From Basidiobolus meristosporus CBS 931.73 (Eukaryota > Fungi > Basidiobolomycota): DNA of 64,000 nucleotides. Made by a program: the position numbers and the translations under genes. The notes below the pieces were generated by a model. That model saw only the letters and a program-made list of their open reading frames with translations, was not told where the DNA came from and did not search any database. The stretch covers positions 1 to 64,000 of the forward strand of contig MCFE01000033.1 of the NCBI GenBank assembly GCA_002104905.1. Direction: 5' to 3'. Positions 1-12,139 of this stretch are shown here, piece by piece; within the stretch, counting starts at the first letter, position 1, and every line of letters begins with the position of its first letter.

Positions 1-979
1 AAATGACAAAACCTTAACTTGACCAAAAGTGTGTCAATTTTGCTCAAATAAGAAGCATTGGATAGCCCAGAGGCTATATACCATTATTACGATCTGTCAA
101 TTAGACTCAGCTTATTATTCAAGCCCGTACAACTGATCAAAGTTGATGATTAGTATTATGATCAGATCATTCAGATTTTTAGGCATATTACTAAGTAGAT
201 ATGCATACTGAATTCCAAGTTACTTGTTCTATTAAGTTGAACACAAATGCATACACCTTTGGATAATATATTAGTCCAGTATGCAAAACAGTTAAATCTT
301 ATACGCTTATTACAGATTTACACTCACAATATGTATTTATTACTCATGAATATTTTGTTGAGTGGGAGTGTTGTTGTAATTATTGAATTGTCACCTAAAT
401 ATTCATGCTAACTTAGTCACATAGATCTTATTCTGTGATTAGCATTCTGTCCTGACTAGATTTCTTGTTGGGATTTACTTAGAATATTTTCACCAAATTG
501 TCAGGTACCCAGATTATTATTTTTCTCAAAGTCGTCCAAAAGACCCCAAACTTTGCACACATATTCTTGGGACCTTCCTTAACAAACTCTACACGTTTGT
601 TTTCCTCTACTTTATCAAAAGTATAAATACCATACTTTTGATCAATAAATCTACAAGTGAATAACATGTAAATCTTCTAGTTCTCCACATCACTTCCAAT
701 ACTCCTCAGAATATTGCAACAAGTGTAAGAATATCTCTTTAAAAGGTTAGGGTGGTGACTTTGTAGAAATATATTCAAGCTAATATTTGTTCCTACTATG
801 CTCTTCTGCCTATAACCAGAAACTGCCTCTTTATTTTGCTGCTTGTTTGGTATTTATACCTTATTGTAAATCTGGTGATTTGTCTTTGATTTGCTTTTCC
901 CTGGCTACTGAGTTGTCTTTGTATGCATTGATGTCACTTAACATCAAGTGACTCTTTACTCTGTAGCAGCCCTGCGTGA

Positions 980-1061
980 GGCAAGATGGCCAAGTGGTCC
1001 AAGGTGCTGTGTTTAGGCCGCAGTCTCTCCAGAGGCATGGGTTTGAACCCCACTCTTGTCA
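980..1061 (+). tRNA. tRNA-Leu(UAG), 82 nt, probably a pseudogene (CpG-decayed)
   Basis: Acceptor stem GGCAAGA/TCTTGTC plus discriminator A; D-arm TGGCCAAGTGGTCCAAGG; anticodon arm CTGTG-TTTAGGC-CGCAG (anticodon TAG); long variable arm; T-arm ATGGG-TTTGAAC-CCCAC. The main deviations from the tRNA-Leu consensus are CpG>TpG/CpA changes, including TTCGAA>TTTGAA in the B box. Confidence 0.85.
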
Positions 1062-1484
1062 TACTCTTTGCAGGTGGGCATTTAACTTTGAGTTGCCATA
1101 GCCCATTTGGGCTAATCTTATGTCATCTGCTATATCTTGTCTCTTGCAATCCAAGTAGCCATGCAACATGTGCATGTCTTTTACAAAGACTGGTTGGGGA
1201 TCTTGCATTACAATGTTAGCATTATCTACCCTCTAACCCTAAATCCATATGAACAATGGAGATTCATCCAATAACATTGATATGTATACTTTCCATTGGT
1301 GATTAATTGTACCATAGCCTTAGGGTTAGATATTATGACTATATTTAAAAACAGCATCTGTGATAGAACACACAGCCACTCTAAACTCCTTATTAACATG
1401 TCCAACAGAATTTGTCATATCTGTAAACCTACAAGAACATTTGCCATTAGTGGCTCTCTATACACATATCAGAAAAATGTATAA

Positions 1485-2130
1485 AAGTTAACATTAACTA
1501 CAAAAAGAGGACCTGCTCCAATATACAGAAGTGAAGAAGACAGACAAGCCACTGCTTGGGAACAATCTTGGCAATATAACAAACACTTGAAGCTAAAAAA
1601 CCATTTATCTTTTTTCAGCACTGTGAAGCCATGGTCAGAATTGGTGTTCCTTATAAATATAACAGCAGTCAATTACTTGGCAGATGCTGCAGACTTACTT
1701 GCTGTTGTGTGCTATTTTTCCAAGCCATTAGTGAATTATGCTGATAGTATTATAACATTTAAGAGTGCACAGGAAAGCCTTGAAAAAGCCCAACAAAAAA
1801 ACTACTACTTAGCAGTCAAGACATATATATATTCTAACTCTTCCTCCTTTAAGTTACTCTTGTTACATGCATTGCAACAACACTCTATGCCAGATTTTAA
1901 AGCAGCAGCAATAGTGGAAACATAAGACCTCACTTCTTTACTTGATGAGAGTGAGAATACTCCATATACACAGTCACCACTAAGCACCATAACATAAATA
2001 TATGGCCTAAGGATGAGGAACTGTAGTCCTTGGAACCAGACCAACAAAGTAAAATAAGTAATATCAACAGCATAATGTAACATGGAATTAGGGCAGGGAT
2101 AAAGACTTGGCCTAGAGAACAGGTGGCCAT
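1485..2130 (+). pseudogene. Decayed ORF remnant of unknown family with N-terminal basic helix
   Basis: Frame 1485-1925 is open (KRGPAPIYRSEEDRQATAWEQSWQYNKHL...), then interrupted by TAA stops; no CpG in the segment. Confidence 0.4.
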
Positions 2131-4187
2131 TTAATTATCAACAGATAGGTTTAAATACAAGATCTTTGACAATAACAAATATTATATTTGCTCATTGCAA
2201 AAATTATCATGGTACTATAGAACATGCATATCAATATCAAGGGAATGGATGTTAGTTGGAATGACAAGGTTAAAGGATTCAGCATCATCATGTATTACAC
2301 TGAAGTCTTAAGGTCCGTTCAATTTCACAATTAGATCAAATAACTCAGTTAATCTTGTAGATTTATCCATCAACAACAGCCGTATCCAACAGCTTGACAG
2401 GTTGGTTTCCGCTTACTGTCCAAAGTGGCCATTCCTGATGTATACAACATTATCATGTTTCAGCAGCTTCATTATGTTAAATCCCATTGCTTTTTCAATA
2501 ACTTTTTCTAAACCAACAATATCAATTCTTGTTTACAAACAAAGCAGTGTTTGCACAAACTGTTCAAAAATTTCTTGGTATCTTCTAGCCACAGACTCCC
2601 TGTATTCAAAATTGAAATGGGGATCAGCTTTGGCAAATCTCTGGTTAATAATCCCATAGGACGCGGGGATAGCATCATACTTTGTCATTGTTTTCTTTGG
2701 TATTGGGGAGGGGAAATTGATCTTCTATGATATGATGACGACTTATATCAAACAGCGGTAGGCTACAATTATGTCATGAAATACTGATTTTGCTCCAAAG
2801 GCACCACCAAGTCATAACATATTTGATGAAGGAAGGATCAGCAGAATTCCACAGCAATGGCAGCACAATCACCATAATGGTGTTGATAGCCATATTCAGG
2901 AAGGTTTGGCTTACGTAACTGATGGAAGATAAAGCAACAACGCTTGAATGTTACTTTTGTAAGTGATAAGCATTCAGGCCGCCGTTTGGTAAATACATAA
3001 TTTCTACCATGGTCTTGTTCATTTCATTGTCGCACTATTGTGGTGATCATCTTGGTTCATAATCAGCTGGCAGCAAGCATATATGTTGCTGACCTGACTG
3101 ATTGTTATAATAGCATTATCGCAGCCTTCAATGTACAAGTGGCATTTTTAATGGTCTCTGGGTGAAAGCCTATTCCATAACTGAGCTACAAATATACCAC
3201 CAATGTTTGATTGCATAAATTAGATGGGTGCTTCCTTAATCTTCACGCAAACACCGTACCTCCATATCATTGGATATGCGTTGCAGAACCAAGGATGCTA
3301 ATTTAAGGATGTTCACTGGTACTCAACTTGCTAATAAGTTGGTGGAGTTTAGTCTTATACGGGAGATAGCCATTATTCCTTTCATTGCTCAATGCAAGAT
3401 TCGTGGTCACTTTTGATTGCTTCATTAAGCTCTGTGGAAGTGGCAGATATTTGTCAAACATCCATCAAGACATGTACCAACATATCTGATTTCTTAGCAC
3501 TTGATCCATCAACGTTATTGTAAATCTTGTATGATGGTCTTCTTATTCTTTGGTAGAAAACCAACGTGGGTCGATAAGGCATGGACCTGTGAATACAGCA
3601 TTTTTGTACCGTTTGCTATGCTGGTACATTCTAATCAGACAAGACAATAAAGTAGCTTTTCTATACACCATGGACTGAATGTAGTGCAAGACCCACCAGG
3701 GGAAATACCAATCCACATGAAGCATAATTGCATACTCTATCTACCGTTAGAAACTGATGTGTATTTCCGCTTACCCATCACCCAACCCCCATCACCCATC
3801 ACACCTCCACCCCACTCTTTAAGGAACTATGATATTGGAATGACGAAGTTGTGGTCAGATCATATTGCGATGATTTTCATGGTTACACTAGAGCAGATCA
3901 TTTCGTATCAGATATTTTTATTAGCATCTCTTTTACACTGGCCAGACACATGAAACAGCTGCCTTATTCTGTCTAGATGATTGGTTGTATTCGAAGTCCA
4001 ATTCCCACTATCAAGTTCTAGTACCTGACGTTATGAGAAATTGATGCACTTCACTATGGCAGTCACTATGATTCATATATTAGTCAATGTGAAGGTCAAC
4101 TGAATTCTATGCTTATAATTATTGATTTTCTTGGCTCAAGTGATGTTTGAATCCTGCATTTGAAGCCTCAGTAGAGGATATTATATT

Positions 4188-6074
4188 ATGTTTGCTTCTG
4201 GCTTGAAGAATCCGCTGAAGTTTGTTGGTGGCTCAAAAATCCGCACTGTTCATTCTTCCTGTTTCCTATATCGCGAGTTGGTATCACTCAACAAGGCAAC
4301 CGTATTCAGGCAGTCGGGCAGGCAACCTTCTTTCAAAGATATCAGCTGGGTCCTTAAGGATGGGGAAAACTGGGCGATTGTTGGATCCGTAAGCTCAGGC
4401 AAAACTACATTGGCCGAGGTATGCTTGCGCTCTATAATATGTCCAGCTACGAGTACTCAAATATTTCATGTTCACTTTAGACACTGGCGGGAAAGCAACT
4501 TGTACAACCACTTTCAGCTATTCAATGGCCATTCCTAGAGGGCTCCGACTCCTCCTTTCCCTCTGACCACATTCATTTAGTGAGCTTCAAGGAAGACTCT
4601 CGCATGTTTTCGTATGGAGGTCATTACTACCAGGAACGTTTTAATTTTAGGTATTCATCCACAATTGTTTCAGAATTCAATAGCAAGTCCTCATACTCTT
4701 TCCACCCGAACAGTGATCCGCTTAATGACATAACTCTTGAGAATTATCTGCTAGCCAACTTGAAGCAACCTCCCTCCGAGGTCAAGTCGGAGTTGGAGCA
4801 ACTTTGCCAAACCCTAGGAATACATCATCTGTTACCGTTGTCTTTCATGAAACTGTCTAACGGGCAAACAAGGCGTGCAAGAATTGCCAGAGCGCTGTTG
4901 AATAAACCAAAAATGCTAATTTTAGACGAACCTTTTAGTAAGTAAAGGCATATAGATGGTAATAATGGTAGGTTAGTACTGATAGAGGTTGTTCACAGTG
5001 GGCTTGGATGTAGCCAATCGTGCCAAAATCTCCGACATTCTTGGGGAGATTGCGAGCGGGGGACAAACCAAGATAGTCCTAATATCCAGACCTCAGGATA
5101 CAGTGCCGCCTTGGGTAACCAACGTACTTCAATTGGACAAAATGGCCATAGAGTGGACAGGTTCACGGAACGAGTTCACTCGAAGATTTGAGCTGCAACA
5201 AGAGAAGAAACGCAAGAAAGCTCTTGTTCAAGAGCCCAAGCAAGCCCGTGAACCGACAAGTGCTGAAGCGATTGTCGAGCTGAATAATGTAAATGTCATA
5301 TATTCGGGAAAGAAAATCCTAGACAACGTTAATTGGACGGTAAAAAAAGGCGAGAAGTGGGCGCTACTAGGGCCTAATGGTAAGCTTAGCTACTGCTTTG
5401 TATGGAACCAATGCAGCGCCTTACTCAAGCTTATCCTTAGGCTCGGGTAAGACCACGTTGCTCTCGTTGATGACTGGAGATCACCCACAAGCTTATGCTA
5501 ACGACCTGTGGCTCTTTGGCCGTCGACGTGGCACTGGTGAATCCATCTGGGAAATCAAGCAAAAGATTGGCCTGTTGAGTCCAGAACTACATCTCTACTT
5601 TGACCAAGAGCTTGATGCTGAGACAGCTGCAGGTACTGGATTCTATGATGTCGTGGTCCCACGTAAGACTACGCCCGCTCAACAGGGGACCGTACGTAGA
5701 CTTTTCGAAGAATTTGGAATGAAGCATTTGTTAGGTCAGAAACTCAAACGCATGTCGACTGGTGAGCAACGAATGGTGCTGTTGATCCGTTCACTGGTAA
5801 GCGATCTTCGTTGGTATCTACCGCAGCTCCTCTTGTGTAATACCCATGTATTGGTATGTAGGTCAAAGAGCCGCCTCTTCTCGTATGGGATGAACCCTTT
5901 CAAGGACTTGATGAAGATATGATAGAGGCAGTCAACAACTGGCTTATTAATCATATCTCACCAGAACAGACGCTCATTTTAGTTACCCATCACCAAGAAG
6001 AGATACCCAGCTCTGTTCAAAACACATACACATTGACAGCTGAAGGAGGCACGCAGGAAAACACCAAATGTTGA
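4188..6074 (+). CDS. ModF-like double-ABC-ATPase protein without transmembrane domains (YDR061W-like), 6 exons
   Basis: Spliced ORFs 4188/4580/4989/5377 give two NBDs: GSVSSGKTT, LSNGQ, ILDEP and GPNGSGKTT, MSTGE, VWDEPFQGLD, ending VTHHQEEIP...KC*. Confidence 0.85.
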
Positions 6075-6774
6075 CAAGAAATAAAGCCCGGTGGCACAGT
6101 TATATTCAAGGATCTAGATATATCGAGCAATGCACCGAAAACATGGGTGCTGGTGATTTCCAGATGGCGTAATCGTCCCTCGATTAGACAAAACAAGCTT
6201 GCCTGGATACCAATTTAAGGCAGATAGCATTAATATGCATCCTTTATCTGGAAGCGACTGGAAATGCTACATGCATTAAATCCATGAACCACTTTCCGCA
6301 ATCACTGGTTGAAATCCAAAATCGTATCAATTATAATAAACAACGCATCCGCAGATAACATTCGAATGCTTTATTAGTCAAATGTCCGAATGATTTCATG
6401 AGAGACTGGTGGTACGTTGACAAATCAAAGATACTGGTTTTAAGGGAATTTTAATCAGTCCTACGTTTGAGCTGATATTCTATCCCTGCTTACCAATCCA
6501 AGAACGATCGTCACAGGTGTGATTCGATTGCAAAAAACTTTGTATTATTCAGCAAATAGCTCCCCATTGCCATATTTAAGAAAAATTTGGGGCATTTCTT
6601 TGGTTATATTCCATCTCCTTAGATTTATTGGAGTCGTTGGGATTTAATAGGCGACTAGAATACCGTGACTGGGACGGAGGATTGTATTTTTTTAGATCCT
6701 AGATATTCTTCATTATTTCTCAAGTTCAGGGCCTTGCGCTTTTCCACCCACATTTCATACTCTAGCCAGATTTG

Positions 6775-9700
6775 ATGGATACTTTTTTATCAACAGGCTG
6801 GTTGACTTGCTCCGATCCAGAGGGATGGGTAAGTATTTTGAAGTGTTTTGGGTACTCGGTTCATTTTACAAACTCGCGGATATTCTAATGCTTCTATAAG
6901 GGCCCTTGGTCGTTCCGCACTATCGACTTCACACTGTGCTTCGAATATGGGTATGTCGAAAGTGAATGCCTCGGTTATGTATCATGCTAACTTTCAATGC
7001 CACCAGCGTTGTATTATTAGTTCCAACGCTATTTTTGTTTGTTTTCGGGATACCCCGTTTACAACGACTTCGTCAGAAAATTGAACTTCCTCAAGATTCA
7101 TTAATAGAAATTCACTACTGGGCCAAGATGGTAAGGGCTATTAACCTTATCTTCATACGGTGGGTAGCTAACGTTATAAGATTTTGTTGTAGATCACACT
7201 TCTTGCAATCTTCGGATTGAACATTGCCCTAGACGTGACAATTGCCCTGAAGCTGAAGGACACATGGTCTACTTGGTGGAGCGAGATCAGTTTTGTCTCA
7301 AACTTGGTTGTTATTCTTAGTATGGTATGCATTTTCAAGGTCGTATTTCTTTGGTTATCCTGTCGTCGTAACAACATTTACTATCCATTACCAGTTCTTG
7401 ATTTTCACCCTTCATCGATTGGAACATACACGTAGTCGCAAGGCTTCCTCGGTTCTTCTGCTATATTGGTTATTCAAACTTGGTGCTAATGTGATTTACC
7501 TTCGCACTTTGATTGTATCCGATTATCGTCTGAAGCACCCAACAGAATTCATATTTATTGCTACTGTGGCTTCCCTTGAGGCTTTAATCTTCATCTTGGA
7601 GCTAATTCCCAAGCATAAGCTTGACTACTTGCTTCCAGGAGAAGAAGCAAATGTCTGTCCGGAGCAGTATGCCAACGTTTTCTCGTTGATTACTTTCAGC
7701 TGGATGAATCCTCTTTTAATGGCTGGAAGTAAGAAGCCTTTGGTTGAAGAAGATCTTTGGTCGTTGGAGGATGAGTATAAAGCCAGACAGATCTCAGACC
7801 AATTCCAAGATGTATGGCAACACGAGCTATCGCAAGAAAAGAAAGAGCCATCATTGGTGTGGACTCTTGCCAAATCTTTTGGTCTCCCATTCTTATGCGG
7901 TGCATTCTTTAAAGTCCTTCAGGATATCCTCGCGTTCGTTCAACCTCAGTTACTGAAGCAATTGATGGGCTTCGTTGGAAGTCAGTCTACGGACGACCCC
8001 GAGCCCGCATACCGTGGTTATTCAATTGCCGGTAAGTCTCCATCTGGCATAAACTAAGCTGCGATAGCCAACTAATCGGTGGGTTTGACAGGTGCCATGT
8101 TTTTAACCGCCATCGTACAAACCATCTTCTTGCACCAGTATTTCCAGCGCTCCACAGTGACCGGAATGAAGCTCCGTTGCGCATTAGTTACCGCTATTTA
8201 CCGAAAGGCCTTGGTGCTTTCCAATACCGCGAGACAAAACTACACCGTTGGTGAAATCGTCAATCATATGACTGTTGACGCCCAACGTGTCCAAGACTTA
8301 TGCATGTATGGCAACATCGCTTGGAGTGGACCATTCCAAATTGCGCTGTCATTGTACTTCTTGTATCAAACCCTGGGACCAAGCATCTTCGCCGGAGTGG
8401 GTATCATGGTGCTCTCGATTCCTTTAAACGGTTTGCTTGCACGGAAGATGCAGGCTCTTCAAAAAGCTCAGATGAAGAACAAAGACGCTCGTATCAAGTT
8501 GACTGATGAACTGCTGAACGGAATTAAGGTCATCAAGCTATATGCGTGGGAAAAGAGCTTCCTCAGCAGAATTTTCCACGTTCGTAACGATCAGGAGATT
8601 GAGACATTGAAGAAATATGGCTACACCTCCGCTATTCAAAATTTCTTTACCATCTGCGTGCCCTTCTTGGTGTCTTTATCCACATTTGGTATATACACAC
8701 TTGTTGGCGATAACGATCCATTGACCCCGGACCTGGTGTTTGTCGCTTTATCGCTCTTCAATCTCCTTCAATTCCCGCTCACTATGTTCCCTCACGTTAT
8801 CTCTGCCTTGGTCGAAGCCTCCGTAGCATTTGGACGTTTGTACAAATTCTTAACCTCCGAGGAATTGGACTCTGAGGCCGTCCAACGAATTGCTTACAGC
8901 AGAGACACAAGGTTGGGTAGAGTTGATGAGGAGTCGACTGACCTCGACGATGAGCAAGGTCGCAAAAAGCCGATGGTGCAGATTCGTCACGGAACCTTCC
9001 GCTGGGACAAAAACTCCCCTTCATCTACATTGAGCAATATTGACCTTTCTTGCAAGAAGGGTGAGCTACTCGCAATCGTAGGAAGAGTCGGATCTGGTAA
9101 ATCTTCTTTAGTATCTTCGTTGCTTGGCGAAATGGAGAAGTCCCCAGCCAGCAATATTCTGATCAGAGGCAAGGTAGCCTATGCACCCCAACAGCCATGG
9201 ATTATGAATGCTACTGTGAAGGAAAACATTCTTTTCGGACATCGCTACGACGAGCAATTCTACCAGGAAACCATCAAGGCGTGTGCTTTAGTAAGCGATC
9301 TCGAGATGTTGCCAGGTGGAGATATGACAGAAATTGGAGAAAAGGGAATCAATTTATCAGGTGGTCAAAAGGCACGTATCTCACTGGCTAGAGCTGTCTA
9401 TGCTCGTGCCGATGTGTATCTGCTCGACGACCCACTATCAGCAGTCGACGCACATGTTGGACGCCATATCTTCGATCACGTGATTGGGCCTAAGGGATTG
9501 TTACGAACCAAAGCCCGTATTTTTGTTACCCATGCGATCGCATACATCAAGGACGCCAATCAAGTTATCATGCTTCGGGACGGTCAAATCATCGAGAAGG
9601 GCGGATTCCGCGAGCTGATGGATAAAAAGAATGAACTCTACAACCTTATTTCCGAATTTGCCAGAGATCAGTCTTTGGAAGAGCCTGCTGAACAAGACCC

Positions 9701-11660
9701 CGAGCTGGTTATTGGCTCCTTGAATTCTGCCAAGAGCATTGAGGCATACATTGATGGAAACAATTCTCAGCTTCGACGCATGGGGACCAAAGATTCTGCC
9801 TACACTTTACGCCGCGCTTCAGTGGTATCTGAGCATGATGACGAAGAGCATGCTCTAGGTAAATCTGGCCTAATGACTGTAGAGGAATCCGCCAAGGGTA
9901 GCGTCAGCTGGAAGGTTTACAAAGATTTTGCAAAGTCCTGCTCCATCCCAACTGTACTTATATATCTGCTCTTGCTCGTTTGTGTCAACATGTTCCAAGT
10001 TGGCTCCAACCTTTGGTTGAAATGGTGGACCTCCCAGAACGTCAATGCGGAAGCATCCATGGGTGTCTGGGGTTTCTTGGCAGTGTATTCCGGCTTAGGT
10101 ATAGCCGCCTCTACCTGCACCCTTCTGCAATCCATTATGTTGTGGGTTGTCTGTGCTGTACGCTCTGCCCGAGTTACTCACACCAACATGCTTCTGAGTG
10201 TTATACGCTCTCCTATGAGCTTTTTCGATACTACGCCATTAGGCCGTGTTCTCAACAGATTCAGCAAAGACCAGTACACACTCGACGAAGTGTTGCCACA
10301 ATCGTTCAACGGCTATTTCAGAACATCCCTCAATGTGGTTGCTGTGATGACAGTTATTACCTTCTCGACTCCTGGCTTCTTGATCGTTGTTGCTCCCATT
10401 TTGGTTCTTTACATCATCATTCAAAGATACTATCTCAACACCTCTCGCGAACTCAAACGCCTGGAATCCATCTCCCGCTCACCAACATACGCCCATTTCC
10501 AGGAGACCATTGGTGGAGTTAGTTCGATCAGAGCCTACGGTCAGGAGAAACGCTTCATCCGAGAGAACGAGTTCCGTTTGGACAAAAACCTAATGGCGTA
10601 CTACCCAAGCCTTTCGTTGAACCGCTGGCTTGCCGTCCGTCTTGAATTCCTGGGTTCAATCATCATCTTCACTGCTTCCATTCTAGCAGTCATCTCAGTC
10701 TTGACAAATGGCAAGATTGATGCTGGTTTGGTTGGTTTGTCGATCACATATGCCCTGAATGTCACCCAGTCGCTCAACTGGTGCATTCGTATGTCCTGTG
10801 AGATCGAAACCAACATTGTCTCCATGGAGCGTATCAAAGAATACTCTGAGCTGCCTTCGGAAGCGCCCGAGATCAACGAAGCCACTCGCCCATCCCCCAC
10901 TTGGCCCGAGCAGGGACAGATCGAGTTCCGTGACTTGGCATTGCGTTACCGTGCTGGTCTCGACTTGGTGCTCAAGGGAATTTCGTTCACAGTCAACCCA
11001 CACGAGAAGATTGGTATCGTTGGCCGTACGGGTGCTGGAAAGAGTAGTCTTACACTTTCGTTATTCCGACTTGTAGAGCCAGCCAGCGGTAGTATCATTA
11101 TCGACGGCGTAGACATCACCAAGATTGGACTTTACGACCTGAGATCTCGCTTGACCATTATTCCCCAGGATCCCTTCTTGTTTGCCGGCACTGTGAGAGA
11201 GAATCTGGATCCATTTGGAAACCATGAAGATCTGGAAATCTGGAATGTCCTCGGCTTGTCTCACCTGAAAGATCACGTATCCTCCCTAGAGGGCAAACTG
11301 AATGCCACAGTGCTACAAGGCGGTGAAAACTTCAGTGTTGGCCAAAGACAACTGATTTGCCTAGCCCGAGCACTACTTCGCCGTACCAGTGTATTGATCC
11401 TCGACGAAGCCACAGCTGCGATTGATGTGGAAACGGATCGCTTGATCCAGGAGACCATTCGTCGAGAGTTCGTTCATTGCTCCGTTTTGACCATCGCCCA
11501 TCGTATCAATACCGTGTTGGACAGCGATAGGGTGCTGGTACTAGATCAAGGCAAGATCGTCGAATTCGACTCTCCCAAGACCTTGTTGAATGACTCGAGC
11601 TCCAAGTTCTACGGCTTGGCCAAAGAAGCGGCCGCCACCCCAACAAACGCCTCTAAATAA
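6775..11660 (+). CDS. YCF1: ABCC/MRP glutathione-S-conjugate transporter (long form with TMD0)
   Basis: Start MDTFLSTGWLTCSDPEGW|GPW..DFTLCFE, short 5' exons, then the 1193-aa ORF with GRVGSGKS/LSGGQ/LLDDP, regulatory LRRAS site and GRTGAGKS/FSVGQ/LDEA. Confidence 0.93.
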
Positions 11661-12139
11661 TCCTTACCAACATCTATTATTTCGACATCTTGCCACTGCT
11701 TCTCCACCCAACCTGGGAGCCTTCTCAATCAAACCTAAATCATAAATTCTAATAAATTGTTCAAACATACAAACCCAATCTATCTACTTGACAACCAGCC
11801 GGAATTTTCAGGAATTCCATGGCCTTTCTGGGAAAATGAAATCATATGGAAGTGTGTATTTTTGGAAGATTGATTAAATCTACGGGGAATAAATCAGGGG
11901 TGCAGCATGTCTTTTGTGCGGGAGAATAGATTAACCTGAGGCTGGAGGGGTGGGTGGCGCGTCGAAATGGAAGTTGACGTAACTGTTATTGTGAACTTTG
12001 GAAAAATACAAATCAGCAGAAATCATAAGGGGTGAAGGGTGAGAGTGTATATACGGATGATTTCTTTTGGGAATATATGACTGAGGCTAGGGATTCGGTT
12101 TGAGGGGGTGGGAATCCAAAGGAATATAGCGTTTCCGCG

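Larger units (their letters stand above)
1..2315. other. AT-rich, strongly CpG-depleted degenerate block (methylated repeat / mobile-element or duplication relic)
   Basis: Manual scan found only 7 CpG in 1-2315 and none between 1021 and 2315, whereas genes from 4.2 kb on are CpG-rich. It contains stop-riddled ORF remnants and a decayed tRNA. Element family not identified. Confidence 0.7.

Noticed and set aside
479-667. 62-aa minus-strand ORF as a functional gene
   Set aside because: Lies in the CpG-erased block and the frame continues through many stops; no recognisable family.
745-1330. Telomere-like TTAGGG/CCCTAA fragments at about 747, 1233 and 1320
   Set aside because: At most 1.5-2 units each and scattered; expected by chance.
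3520-3580. FLFFGRKP resembling the retroelement integrase C-terminal LFGR motif
   Set aside because: No DDE core or other integrase motifs could be found nearby.
11840-11870. Sm-site-like ATTTTTGG suggesting an snRNA
   Set aside because: No U1/U2/U4/U5 signature sequences around it.
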